From positions 4,402,001 to 4,466,000 of the forward strand of contig CP075496.1 in the NCBI GenBank assembly GCA_021613535.1: a DNA stretch of 64,000 nucleotides. The letters are read 5' to 3'. Origin of the DNA: Adineta vaga (Eukaryota; Animalia; Rotifera). A program made the position numbers and the translations under genes. This document shows positions 53,001 to 64,000 of this stretch, in pieces. Every line of letters starts with the position of its first letter. Positions within the stretch are counted from its first letter, which is position 1. The notes beneath the pieces are model-generated. The model was not told the origin of the DNA, ran no database searches, and saw only the letters and a list, made by a program, of their open reading frames with translations.

Positions 53001-55990
53001 TTGTGGAACTTTCTGTACCTGATGTTGCACTAGATTCTGTTCCAGTTACAGATGCCGTGGTTGTTGTGGAAGAACCAGTCGCTGTTGATTCTCTAACAGT
53101 CGAAGCGGCCGTGGTTGTTGTTGAACTTCCTGTACCAGATGTTACACTGGATTGAGCTCCAGTAATTTCTGAAGTTTGGCTGGTCGGAATAACAGTGGGC
53201 GTATGCAGAGTACTTACTGTTGTACTTGAATCTGTGGCAGTGATTTCTGTGGTTGGTGTCGTCGAAGTATCTGGAATAGTTCCCACGGTGCTTAATGATG
53301 ATGATATTTCAGTGCCGGATGTTCCGGTAGTGGCTGTTGTGGATATAGTACTTTGAATATCAATGGTTCCTGTAATGGTTGTAGATGATGCGTCAGTACC
53401 ACCGATAGTAGTTGGTGTGATAGTTTCAGTGCCTGTAGACTTGATAGTGTCAGGAGCAGAAGTTACAGTGGGAGTAGTCAATGCTGTTTTTTCTGTTGCA
53501 ATTGTTCCTGTAGTGCCTGCTGTCGAAGTTTCACTGGTATCTGTTTGTCGATCAGTTACGATAATGGTTGACAATGTTGAACTGCCCGTACCCATCGTTT
53601 CGGTAGCAAGAGTTGTTGAAGTATCTGTGTCAGTTTTAGCTGTATTGATGGTTGTAGTGACTCCTGTAGCCAATGTTTTTGTAACAGTTGTGACTGATAT
53701 GCTGCTGCTAGTTATTCCTGTGGTTGATGATATCGATGCAGTACTTCCAGTAATAATTACTGCTGTAGCGGTTGTTATGTCGATTTCAGTAACTGGGGTT
53801 GAAATAGTAGTTGTCATCGTTTCACTTGCGTTTGTTTGAGAAGTTGCGAATGTTGTATCTTCCGTGTCGGGTTCTTTAGAAGTAAAACTATCTGGCGTCA
53901 TTTGAGTACTTGCACCAGTGTTAATTGTTGATTTTGTTTCCGTAGTAAGTGTTTCGAGTGAAGTTGTTTTTGTGTCTAGCGATTCAGTTGTAGATGAAAT
54001 GTCGGATGCTGTATCCGTCGTGATTATTTCAGTGCTCTTACTAGAAGAAATAGTTGTAGGTGTCATCGTTCCAATGCTGGTCATTTCAACAGTGGCAGTC
54101 GTTGGTATTGTCACTGTATCGGTTGTTACTATATTAGTACCTTCTGTTTCGACAGACGTAGTTTCTTGCGTTGCACTAAAACTGGTAGATGACGATCCAT
54201 CTGTTATTTGAGTCGATTCTATAGTTGAACTACTAGGAGTTGATTGACTGATGGTTGTTGGTATGACTGTTACTAAAGAAATAAAAGGGATTGTGAAAAA
54301 ATAACTATTGCGTTTATGATATACTGATCTAATTTTCATTTTATGTTCACAAATAATACACACATGTTTATAATATCTCTATTATCAAAATAATTTCAAC
54401 AATTTAAATATCCTATTTTGTTTTAACCTATTTCAATCTCTCAAGACGAAAATATGTACGTACGGTTTATATTGTTTGATATGTAATCACGTTAGTGTTC
54501 GAAAACTTCAAGTGTTTCTTCACACGAATAATTATTAAGATTCGATATACGATGCATAGATGTGAATAAATTTTGTCGCTATGTTCTCAATAATTCATAC
54601 TCTGCAGACAAAATGTACAAGAAATTATAATAATTTCACGCATACATATTTAGCAAGTCTAATTTTCTCTACTGAAGTGGTATACTCAAGTGCTATTAAG
54701 CATATTTTGTAATAAAGTGGTGATACGAAAATATTTTTTTCACAAACAATATAAAACCTGATATATACTCGAAGAATAACAACTTTACCTTCTGTCACAT
54801 CACTAATTGTTTCATCGGTAGATTCTTGAGTCGTTGCATTTGTTGAAATTGAACCTACAGTACTTAGTTGTGTCAATGTACCTAAATATTATTTAGAAAT
54901 AAAAATCATTACAAAAATAAATATTCATCCATCCTTACTTGTTTGCTGAGATAAAGTCACCGTTGTTACTGAAGCCGTGGAAGCTATTTATTGAAATATA
55001 AAATGATATTGATCATGAATAATTGAATTAAATCTATACCTGTATTGATAGATGACGATGCTTCATCAGTTGTAACTAGAATAGGAAAATATTAGTTAAG
55101 TAAATAATTATCTATTTGATTTAATATACCAGTTCCTATTGTTGAAATCGTAATTGTTAATGTTGATGCTAAAAAAGAACATATCAATACGAATGATTAA
55201 TAGATAAGATTGAAATCTTACTCGATGTTTCGTCTGTTGCTTCTTCTGTTGCTAGATGATTAAAAAAGAAGGAGAAAAAAACGATATTTTTGTTTTATTA
55301 AACTAAAGAATGTCTTTTGATTGATACATACTAAAGCCACTACCATCAGCTACTACTGCAAGATTCACTAATTGTCTGGCCAATTCATCATCGTCAACTC
55401 GAAGAAAACTGCTCACATCACTATTATCGTCGTTGAATATTGACTCTATTGGTGGTATTTCCGTATCCGTATCATAGCTCACTTCATTCAATAATCGTCG
55501 ATTACGACGAATAAGTGAATAATTCTCAATTGAATTCATCGTATGATTCAATGAATTCATTAATGTGGTTGTAATCATTTTTTCAGTTGAAGTTAACGGT
55601 TTTTTTGTTTTATTTTTACATGGCGTTGTCGAAATATTCAATGATATTGGTTTCGTTTTAATCGGACCAGCCGTTTTTGTTGATATTGATAATTGTGAAT
55701 GTTTCTTTTGATTATCAGAAAGTAAAATAAATCCTTCATTAATTGGATTGATTTCTGGAGTATTTTTAGTCGATTTATAATCGCGTATTTCAGCTGAAAG
55801 ACTATGATCAGTATTCGATGCAATCAATTCGGATTTTGTACAATAAACAGCTGAGAGTACTAGAATTGAAGAAATGATTATGTCTTTTTTTTCTCATTAT
55901 CTTTTATTAATTAGAAGAAAGAAAAACCATCAGATATTTACCTGAGATGAAAACAATAATTAATGACCAAAATGACTTATATGAAAACAT
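41067..55990 (-). CDS. Second MUC4/SUSD2/Mesh-like membrane mucin: signal peptide, micro-exons, ~1965-aa Thr/Ser/Gly exon, Cys-rich module, NIDO, AMOP, vWD (GDPH), EGF array, SEA-like, TM, tail
   Basis: Start MFSYKSFWSLIIVFIS|VLSAVYC (ATG 55990). NIDO IAPFWTNL. AMOP PCPCSYSQAASDFRF, TCCYH, LYYEIRPASICDGYEPP. vWD WFGGDPHIQTSTNGNY. EGFs DIDEC and VDEDEC. TM WTPIVIGIIAGLAGLFCAVTCCLLAVAAW then RRRRR. Terminal exon YFTRH-stop at 41067. Confidence 0.8.
48720..53150 (-). repeat. Coding minisatellite, 117-bp unit (63+54 bp subunits; 39 aa), about 38 copies
   Basis: gcactagatt recurs at 50282, 50399 and 50516 (117-bp period). Unit translates TTTTVPVTGTESSATSGTGSS-TTTTPASTGTESTGTGSS. Confidence 0.95.
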
Positions 55991-58167
55991 AGTTCCTTGT
56001 ACTTTTGTTATTTTCTTATCTAAAAATAATCATGAAAATCTCTCAAGATATGTTAATATCATTTCAATAATGATATATTATTTCGGAAAAAAAGTATTAC
56101 GAAGTCAAGTTTTTGTCATACTCCTACCTTTTTCATCACACTCTTGAAATAATGATCAAGATTATTGACATAAAATACTTGCTTCTATCGAATAAACAAA
56201 CTTACGAAAACATATAAGCCTTACTAGTAACGTTTTACATTAGCAGATTTTGCAGGACATTATGACGTTTCGATCAGGTATATACACTTCTATACTCGTT
56301 AATAACTTTTGAATACTCAAAAAAAAACGAGCGAGAGAAAAACTCAGCAGGACTCATTCAAGAACAAGAGAAAAGAAATTCAAAGGATTCTACATTATCA
56401 TCTTTTCTTTCTCTTTTTTTTTTGATTAGCATACAATTATTTTACTTTTAACTAACTCATATTTGTCCATTTGCTTAATCAGTAAAACATTTGATTTTGT
56501 TAATAATACAAAGCTCTGAGTGCAAAATGGTTGAAGAGTACTTTTCAATACAATATCGTGTTATTTTCAAAAAATAACCTGAATTTATTCTATACCAGTT
56601 CTGGGTTAATTGCAAATGATTTCTTCTTTTATATCGTTAAAATTCTGAAGAAAAAAATGATTTCTATTATTACCTGAGATTTTCAAAAGAATATATATGT
56701 TGTCCAAAACATCAAATAAAATATTCATCTTTTCAATAAACTAATATTACCTGTCAACGATTGATTATTACAAGAAACATTATTATATTCACTTCGGATA
56801 TTTTTTCCTTTCGCCTCTCTCTCTTTCTCTCTCTTTGATGATGAAAATATAAAAAAACGAAAATAATGATTGTGTATTCTTTCATTCTCTTCTCTTTCTG
56901 ATTTACCTGTAAAATTCTCTTGTACACTTTTTAAATTAATCTTGCGCATAACAAATATAATAAGGAAGAAATTCTCTCTCTCTTTCTCTCTATATATATT
57001 TTGTTTATTGACATAATAACAGACTCTTTCAGTCATATTTTCATTTATTCGTTCAGAGAAAACTAAGAAATGTGTTAATTATCTTCATTTATTTACTTGA
57101 AATTATATAGAAGTTCGAATATAACAGACTACTGATAATATTATACAAAAGTAAAATTCATTTCTACATTGAATTTTGATATAATTTCTACTCAAATGTC
57201 ATTTTATTTGCTCTTCCTTTTGTATATTAAGTAATCAAACATTTCATTCATGATTTCACAAAAGTAAGAAAAACGAAAATTATATATTCTAGAATTCTAC
57301 ATGTTGAAATATTATTCATCAAGAAGGAAGGTAATTTCATAATTCACATGTCTTTATCGCTACGAGTTGATCTTTAAAAGGCGACATTATGTACATCACA
57401 TATCAATTTTAGTTAGTTTGTGTTTTTCAAACTAATATCAACAGATGAAAATGATAAAGAAGTTGAAGAAGAGGAGAGAAAAAATAGGCCACTTTTACTC
57501 TATGGTTTTAATTCATCATATTACACATGTATTGTTATTTAATACATTGATGAAAAATTAATTAGAATTCACTCAAATTTCATTGATCGTAATTTGAATC
57601 TGGTGAGAATAGGAATAATATTTGTTGGATATTTTGATTTTTATGTTTTTGTCAAAATTCTATTTGAAGAATAAATTAGTATCTTGAATCAAGGACAGAA
57701 TTTATTGACATGATCAAATTTATTTCGAAGAGAACGATGTTATAGATGTTCTGTTCCCTTCAAATCAATTTAATCAAGAAGACTTACAAGAATTTTGCTT
57801 CATCAATAGATTTTTAAGTTTACCATCTAAAGAAAATTCACTCTACGAATTGTTTGTCTTGTGATTATCAAGTGTACTAAAATCAATAGATTTGTACTCG
57901 AAGGACATATTTTGTTCTAATCAAGATTGAAAGATGAGGATCAAACTTCATTTCTTGATTATAAATGAAACAAATTTATGATCGAATTCTTCTATGTTGA
58001 TGTTCATTCCTTCTCTGAGAAATTTTTATGGCATGACGGCCAACGACATCATTCTATTCTGCTTATATCAAATCATTGGTTGGCCTCCTTCGACACAAAT
58101 GAATCAGATTGTTTTGTTTCTTCAATGTGTTGCAATTCATTATTTGTTACTTTAATCGACAAGAAGA

Positions 58168-60254
58168 ATGGTTGATCGTATCTATGATTTATACAATGTT
58201 CTTAATGATAAAAATGGTACAAATAATTCACCGGAAGCTCTTGGTGCGTACCAAAATTTAATTCAAGCAATGAAACAAGGTCCACAAGAGAAAAAACTTG
58301 CGTTACAATTTATTGGTAAATTTTGTAAAAATTTTCCAGCCGAGATGACGAAAACAGTTGAAGGTGTTATTGATTTATGTGAAAATGAAGATATAACAGT
58401 AAGAATATTGATGGAAAGAAACGATTTTTATAAATCATTTTATTTTAGATTCGTAAACTAGCAATTAAAGAATTTCCGACATTAATGCGGGCATCAACGG
58501 ATACACTTCAACGTGTCATTGGTATTTTAATTCAATTACTTCACGCAAATGATCCAAGTGAAGTAACACAAGCACAAAATTCAATTATGGCTATTTATCA
58601 TATTAATCCAAAAGGTAAAGTTCATAGGAACATGTTCGTTTTTATTTTTATTTTTATTTTATTTAATAGAAACAATTACAGGAATTTTGAGTACGATTCA
58701 TCATACACAAGAAGATACTCTTCGTAAACGTGCTCTTCGTATGTTGTTCTGTTTTTTCTTTATTCAATACATTGATTTTCTTCTATTTTTGAAAAGGATT
58801 TTTATGTACACGAATTGCAACATTAGATGAAACAGATTTATCCAAAGAAATCGAAGAACATTTGATAAAAACATGTAAAGATGTAAGAAAAGCATTTCTT
58901 AATTTAATTGCAGATTTGATTTTCAAAATTCATTCATTAGATTTCATCGGGACTAGATGCAGAAGAATTTGTCACAGTTATCAAACTATTCTCAACACTT
59001 CGTTCAATGCAAACATTAGTTGCACGACAAGAACTTGTTAATATGATTATAAATCAATGTCATTTAGAACAAGGATGGAATGTATGAAACATAAGAATCG
59101 ATTGAATTTGAAAGCACTAAACTATATTTATGATTTGTTATTTAGGGCGTCGATATTGATCGACTTAATCTTATTGTTGTTTATATGAATCATGCAACGA
59201 GTTTACTTTCAGTAAGTAGACAATGAAGTAAATCTTACGATTATTTGTTTGATGAATTTTTAGAAAAATGTTCATTCAACAAAATTTATTGTATTTATGC
59301 TGGATTATGTTATTGAACCTCTTGATAAATTACCAACTTCGTCCGATGATAAACTTGATATATTTCGTATACTTGCTGAAATGTCTCCATTTTCAACCGA
59401 ATTTGATCGACCCAAAGAACGTTTAGCAAAATTATTTCATGTTCTAATGGTAAAATTCAAAATCATTTGAACATATCTTTGAATTAATCTTTTCTTTAGA
59501 CATTCTTACCTGAACCTTCAGTAGAATCAGAAACAGCAGGTGCTAATGAAACTACACCACATTTTCAATTTTCATTTATTGAATGTTTAATGTATGCATT
59601 ACATCAACTTTCAAGAAAATATCCTGATTTTCTTATTGCAGAAGAAAATGAAGAACATGTCAAAGATTTTCGTTTAAGGTTTATTCGAGTTTTTCAAATT
59701 GATTAATCAATTCAAAGTTTCTTTGTTTAGATTACGTTATCTTTATCGTGGTGCATCATCGTATACAACTCAATTGAAAAGTTGTTTAAATGAAAAAGTC
59801 GAAGGTGATGAACAAGATGAACGAGTTCGTTGAAAAGAAAACATAGTTTATCATAGAAATTTTCATTTTATAATGTTTTATTTATAGAAAAAATCACGTT
59901 TAATTGCGTATAAAATCTGTTCAAATGTTCAAATAATGATACGTGATTTATGTCGATCACCACCATCATTCAAATCAAATGTTATTCTTTCATGGAAAAC
60001 AACAGTGCGTAGTTGTTTTTTCTCCGAAAGAAAAATAAAAATAACTCTTTCATTTCTTTTTTTTTCAGGAAGAATTAAAACGATCACTTTCAGAAACTGA
60101 TGGTGGTAATGCTTCAGCAACGAATAAAAATGGTGTAGGAACAAATAATAATACCAATAAACGTGCTCGTCCAGAGAAACAACTCTATCGACCTCCAAGT
60201 GGTGGTCAAAATGGTGGACAAAAAAATCGTCGTGGCGGTTATCAACGATATTAA
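58168..60254 (+). CDS. API5: Apoptosis inhibitor 5
   Basis: KKLALQFIGKFCKNFP..VIDLCENEDITIRKLAIKEFP; FQFSFIECLMYALHQLSRKYPDFL; KDFRLRLRYL; PPSFKSNVILSWK; C-terminal LYRPPSGG..RRGGYQRY. Confidence 0.9.
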
Positions 60255-61672
60255 ACAAAGATGAAAACTCAACAAAACATTTTTCTTGTGTTCAAAGCCA
60301 AGAGATCATGTGCTACATATATCTGTGTATTTCTTTAATAAGAAAACAAACCAACCCTAGGTCTATGTATTTGTTTATTGTTCTGTTTGCTTGCAAATCT
60401 ATGTGGATTTCTCTTCTTTTTTTGTTTCGATCAACTGATTTGTTGTTTTCTTTGGTTTCACAAATAAAAAGGTGAAAGAATTTCTAAGACATAGATTGAA
60501 GTACTTCTCTTCATGTGTCAAATGTATTCTATATAATTAAAATAGCATAGCTTCCATTGAGTAGATAACCTTGTCGATAATTATACCATTACTGACGGAA
60601 TAAATCTTGTTTGATCATCATTCAATCAAGTTACTAATCTTGATTAGTTATATAGTTGGAGAATACAAAATCACTACTTATGTTCTGAAGTGTTATGACG
60701 CAATAGAATGTTAGAGAATGCCAGTACAAACAACTTCGCTTGATGGTAAATTGCTCTATGTGATTACCGTAAATAGTAATTATGTTTCAAACAAGAATCG
60801 TAGCTGATTTCTTACTTTTCTTTTCACTCTCAGCCTATCATTATTATTGATTAGGGAGTTTTTATCATATCTTATTTTTTTATAAAAAAAAAGCCGAACA
60901 AAGGTGCAATGGTTCAAAAGAGAAACAGAAACGACCATTAATATACATATGCGTAATAATAATGAGCACAATCACAACAGCTACAAAAGAAAAGAATGCC
61001 AACACACACACACACACGCACTCGTACAGAGGCAAACATGTTCATTGGAAACACCAAATATATATATATATATATATAGATCGATCTCTAACGACAATTT
61101 ATACATAGAAATATGTATGCAGTTATTTAATACTTAGATACTTATGTCAATGCATATAACTCTATTAACGCAATGACAATGATAGATATTTGAAAGACAT
61201 ATTTAAAGAAAATAAAATCTCTCTTTCTCTCGTACTCGTTCTCGAAAATATCGATCGTTGTTTCCTATTATTCTCTTCATTAATAAAAAAATAAGCAAAT
61301 GCACACGCAACAAGAAGAGAGAGAGATATGTGTATGTTTTGTTTCACTGTAGAAATCTGTATGTCTGAAGTGAAATGAAATGAGGTGAAAGCGTCGAGCA
61401 CGCGGACGGAAAAAATTCGTTCGCGTGTTTTTGTACGTCAATTGTCTTTGCTCGTTTTCAAGACGATTACCGTCGAAAGAAGAGAGAATGCGTTTTCAAA
61501 CGCTGATTTGATGGAAAAATGAAAAATAATCAAGAAGAAAAGAGGAAAAGACGAAATAAATACGATATGTGTTTACTTGTACACACATATCATGAATAGA
61601 CATTATAAATGAACAAACAAAAATTTAACGAAATATTGATAAAAGATGAATGAGAAAGAATTTGTATGAGAA

Positions 61673-62700
61673 TTAATCGCCGGGATGTTCAGGACATGAT
61701 CGATTGATACGAAACCAATTGTCAATACAACTAAAGAAATCAAATATTAATGATTATTATATCTCGAACTATTCATATTTCAACAATTCTTTCTTTGAAA
61801 AAAAGAAATCATCTCAAACTAATTAATATATTATTATATAATCTATTGGAATTCTCTTGTTGTCTATGCATTCATAATAACTAATTAAATGGAATCAAGC
61901 TAAGCTCAATCTCTTATTGCTTCTTAAGATATAGAAACATGAAACGTTCTATTTGCCAATCTATTGTCCAGGACCTTTAAGGGTACATTCGACTTATATT
62001 TTAATCACTAGTCTTTCGAATTATAAAAGACGTGTAGTTAATCGATTAAATGATCAAATATATTATACCTTTTATGATATATGCATAAGCATGGTAATCG
62101 AGCAATCTTTTGTCCTATTAATAAATCATCAAGGCAGATGACACATTCACCTTTATCCTCCGTTAATGTATCTTCTAAAAAAAATGAGAAAAGATTTCGA
62201 GATACTTCCTTTTTTTCAACATCAACAAACAAACCATTATAATCTATTCGTGGTTTCGATAAACATTTCATAATATGTTTATCAAATGAATCACTTGGAA
62301 TAGTTTTGTGACATACAGGACAAGAAACATCACGAAGAGCAATTATAAAATGTTGCAAACGTCGGTGAGCTTGCGGAGAATCATCTTCAGAACTAGCATC
62401 ATCTGATTCATGTTCAAGTCCAACGTAACGTAATAAATTTATATTAAATGCTGTCGTTCCTAATGGATCAATATTCGTAGATGTTGTACGATGTCGAGTA
62501 TTTGTTGTCGCATTATTACCGAATAATCCATGCGAGGTATGATGACCACTACTAGAACGATGACGATGTCCAATTGAATTTTGCTGTTGTTGATAAGAAC
62601 GATTTGTACGTGTATGAGGTAAATTTGTTGCTGTATTTGAAGCAGCTGCTGTCGATGATGAGGATGCCGATGATGGCGGAGTTGTTAAACGACCACCCAT
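61673..62700 (-). CDS. ZNRF2: ZNRF1/ZNRF2-like E3 ubiquitin ligase (N-myristoyl Gly, UBZ-type zinc finger, RING-H2)
   Basis: MGGRL start; CPVCHKTIPSDSFDKHIMKCLSKPRIDYN|EDTLTEDKGECVICLDDLLIGQKIARLPCLCIYHK|CIDNWFRINRSCPEHPGD-stop. ZNRF1 vs ZNRF2 cannot be resolved. Confidence 0.9.
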
Positions 62701-63094
62701 TTATATATATATATATATGAACAATATAAGAAGTTCTTGTTTAAAAATAAAAAAAGGAAATAACTAATTCAAACAGAAATAATATCAACGAATCATAACT
62801 ATCGATACATCTAAAGTAAAGAAAAATATCAATGCTAGGATCAAAGTATTCTATTTACTAGTTTAATTATCGTTCGACTGTCATATTAGATAACTAATAA
62901 GAAGAGAAGAGAAGAGAAGAAAAATGACAAACAATCAACAATAAACATCATACGTCGATCCATTCTATACCTCATAAATATGTGTCGACATCGTATCGAC
63001 ATTTCATTGGTTAATTCATTTTAATGTGTATTCAACACATTTTCTTGTTCTCTCTCTCTCGTTTGTCAAAAAATGAATTAATTTTGATTAAATA

Positions 63095-64000
63095 ATGAAT
63101 CCAAGAATTAGTCTTGATTCAAATAAAGAACCTTTACTTTCTGATAGAATGAATACATATCAACGAAATTTCCATTTTCTTAAACTGTATTTTCGGTCTT
63201 GTATACGTCGTCATTTAAACTCGTTAATTATTGCTTGTTTATTATCAAGTTTATGTTTTTTAATTCTATTTTATTTCAAAAATCAAACTGTCTTCAATTT
63301 ATTTACTTATTTATTTTCATGGATACCTTTTTATCGTAAATTCTCGCCGAAAACAGATACTTCACCTTTCAATGTACGAAAAAGATCTGGCTTATCAATT
63401 TATGATCAACAAATAATTTATAACGATTATGATTACCTACATAATAGTACATTGACTTTTGAAAAACGAATTTATTCCACTAATATTGAAATTTTATTTC
63501 GTTTACCAAAGAAAGTTTCTCCTTCAGCTTTATTATTAATCTTCCATGGATGTAGTCGTTCAGCAAATGATTGGTTTTCAACGATTGAACGTCAACGTAT
63601 TATTGGTGCTGCACTCGATCTTGGCTATGGTTGTCTGGCATTTCAATCCACAGATGCTTTTTCACATTGTTGGTCAAATGAATTTGATCTATCAAATAAT
63701 CCTGATGTTCAAATGGTATGGAATGGACTTGATGGATTCTATAAAGAATATCCTAAACTAAGTGAATAGAAAAAACTATATTTTCGATATTTTTACGTCG
63801 TTTTATAATAAAATTTCATTCTTTTAAGAGTTATTACCGCGTTTTACATTTGGTGCGTCGAGTGGCGGAATGTTTTCAAGTATATTTGCAATAAATTCAC
63901 GTCATAAAATTCAAGGTCAAATCATATTCATATCTATTGTTCATCCCGAATTATTAGAATCACATGTTAGAAAAGGAACTTATCCACCAACAGCTTGGAT
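63095..64000 (+). CDS. Type II membrane-anchored alpha/beta-hydrolase-fold protein (3' end beyond window)
   Basis: TM segment LIIACLLSSLCFLILFYF. LLLIFHGCSRSANDW (oxyanion-type HG). After an intron (~63762-63829): LPRFTFGASSGGMFSS (G-x-S-x-G nucleophile elbow). Confidence 0.7.

Noticed and set aside
48720-53150. Regular repeat array considered as a CRISPR array or non-coding satellite
   Set aside because: No unique spacers and no cas genes; eukaryotic context; the period is a multiple of 3 within an open frame.
48392-53155. 1587-aa Val/Pro/Glu-rich ORF on the plus strand
   Set aside because: Antisense shadow of the Thr/Ser/Gly repeat exon. The minus-strand frame has splice sites and fits the mucin gene.

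Overview
AT-rich eukaryotic (animal) DNA, gene-dense, with many short (~50-70 nt) GT-AG introns. This organisation plus an intron-bearing bacterial-type gene suggests a bdelloid rotifer (inference). Genes in order: a secreted two-cystine-knot precursor (+); a Pro/Gln/Gly-rich protein (+); a divergent Mab-21/cGAS-like-fold protein with an N-terminal lipidation motif (-); a papilin-like Kunitz protein lacking the TSP1/ADAMTS cassette (+); FAF2/UBXD8 (-); a RILP-like gene (+); a ~16.8 kb MUC4/SUSD2/Mesh-like membrane mucin whose TSP1-NIDO-AMOP-vWD-EGF ectodomain cassette appears to be present twice, with mosaic identity between the copies (-); an intact bacterial-type L-arabinose isomerase (araA) with one spliceosomal intron (+); a second MUC4-like paralogue with a 5.9 kb exon of 117-bp repeats and frame-symmetric micro-exons (-); API5 (+); a ZNRF1/2-like RING ligase (-); and a membrane-anchored alpha/beta hydrolase cut by the window edge (+). 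No RNA genes, CRISPR arrays or transposons were recognised. All exon boundaries and family calls were made by eye, with no database searches.
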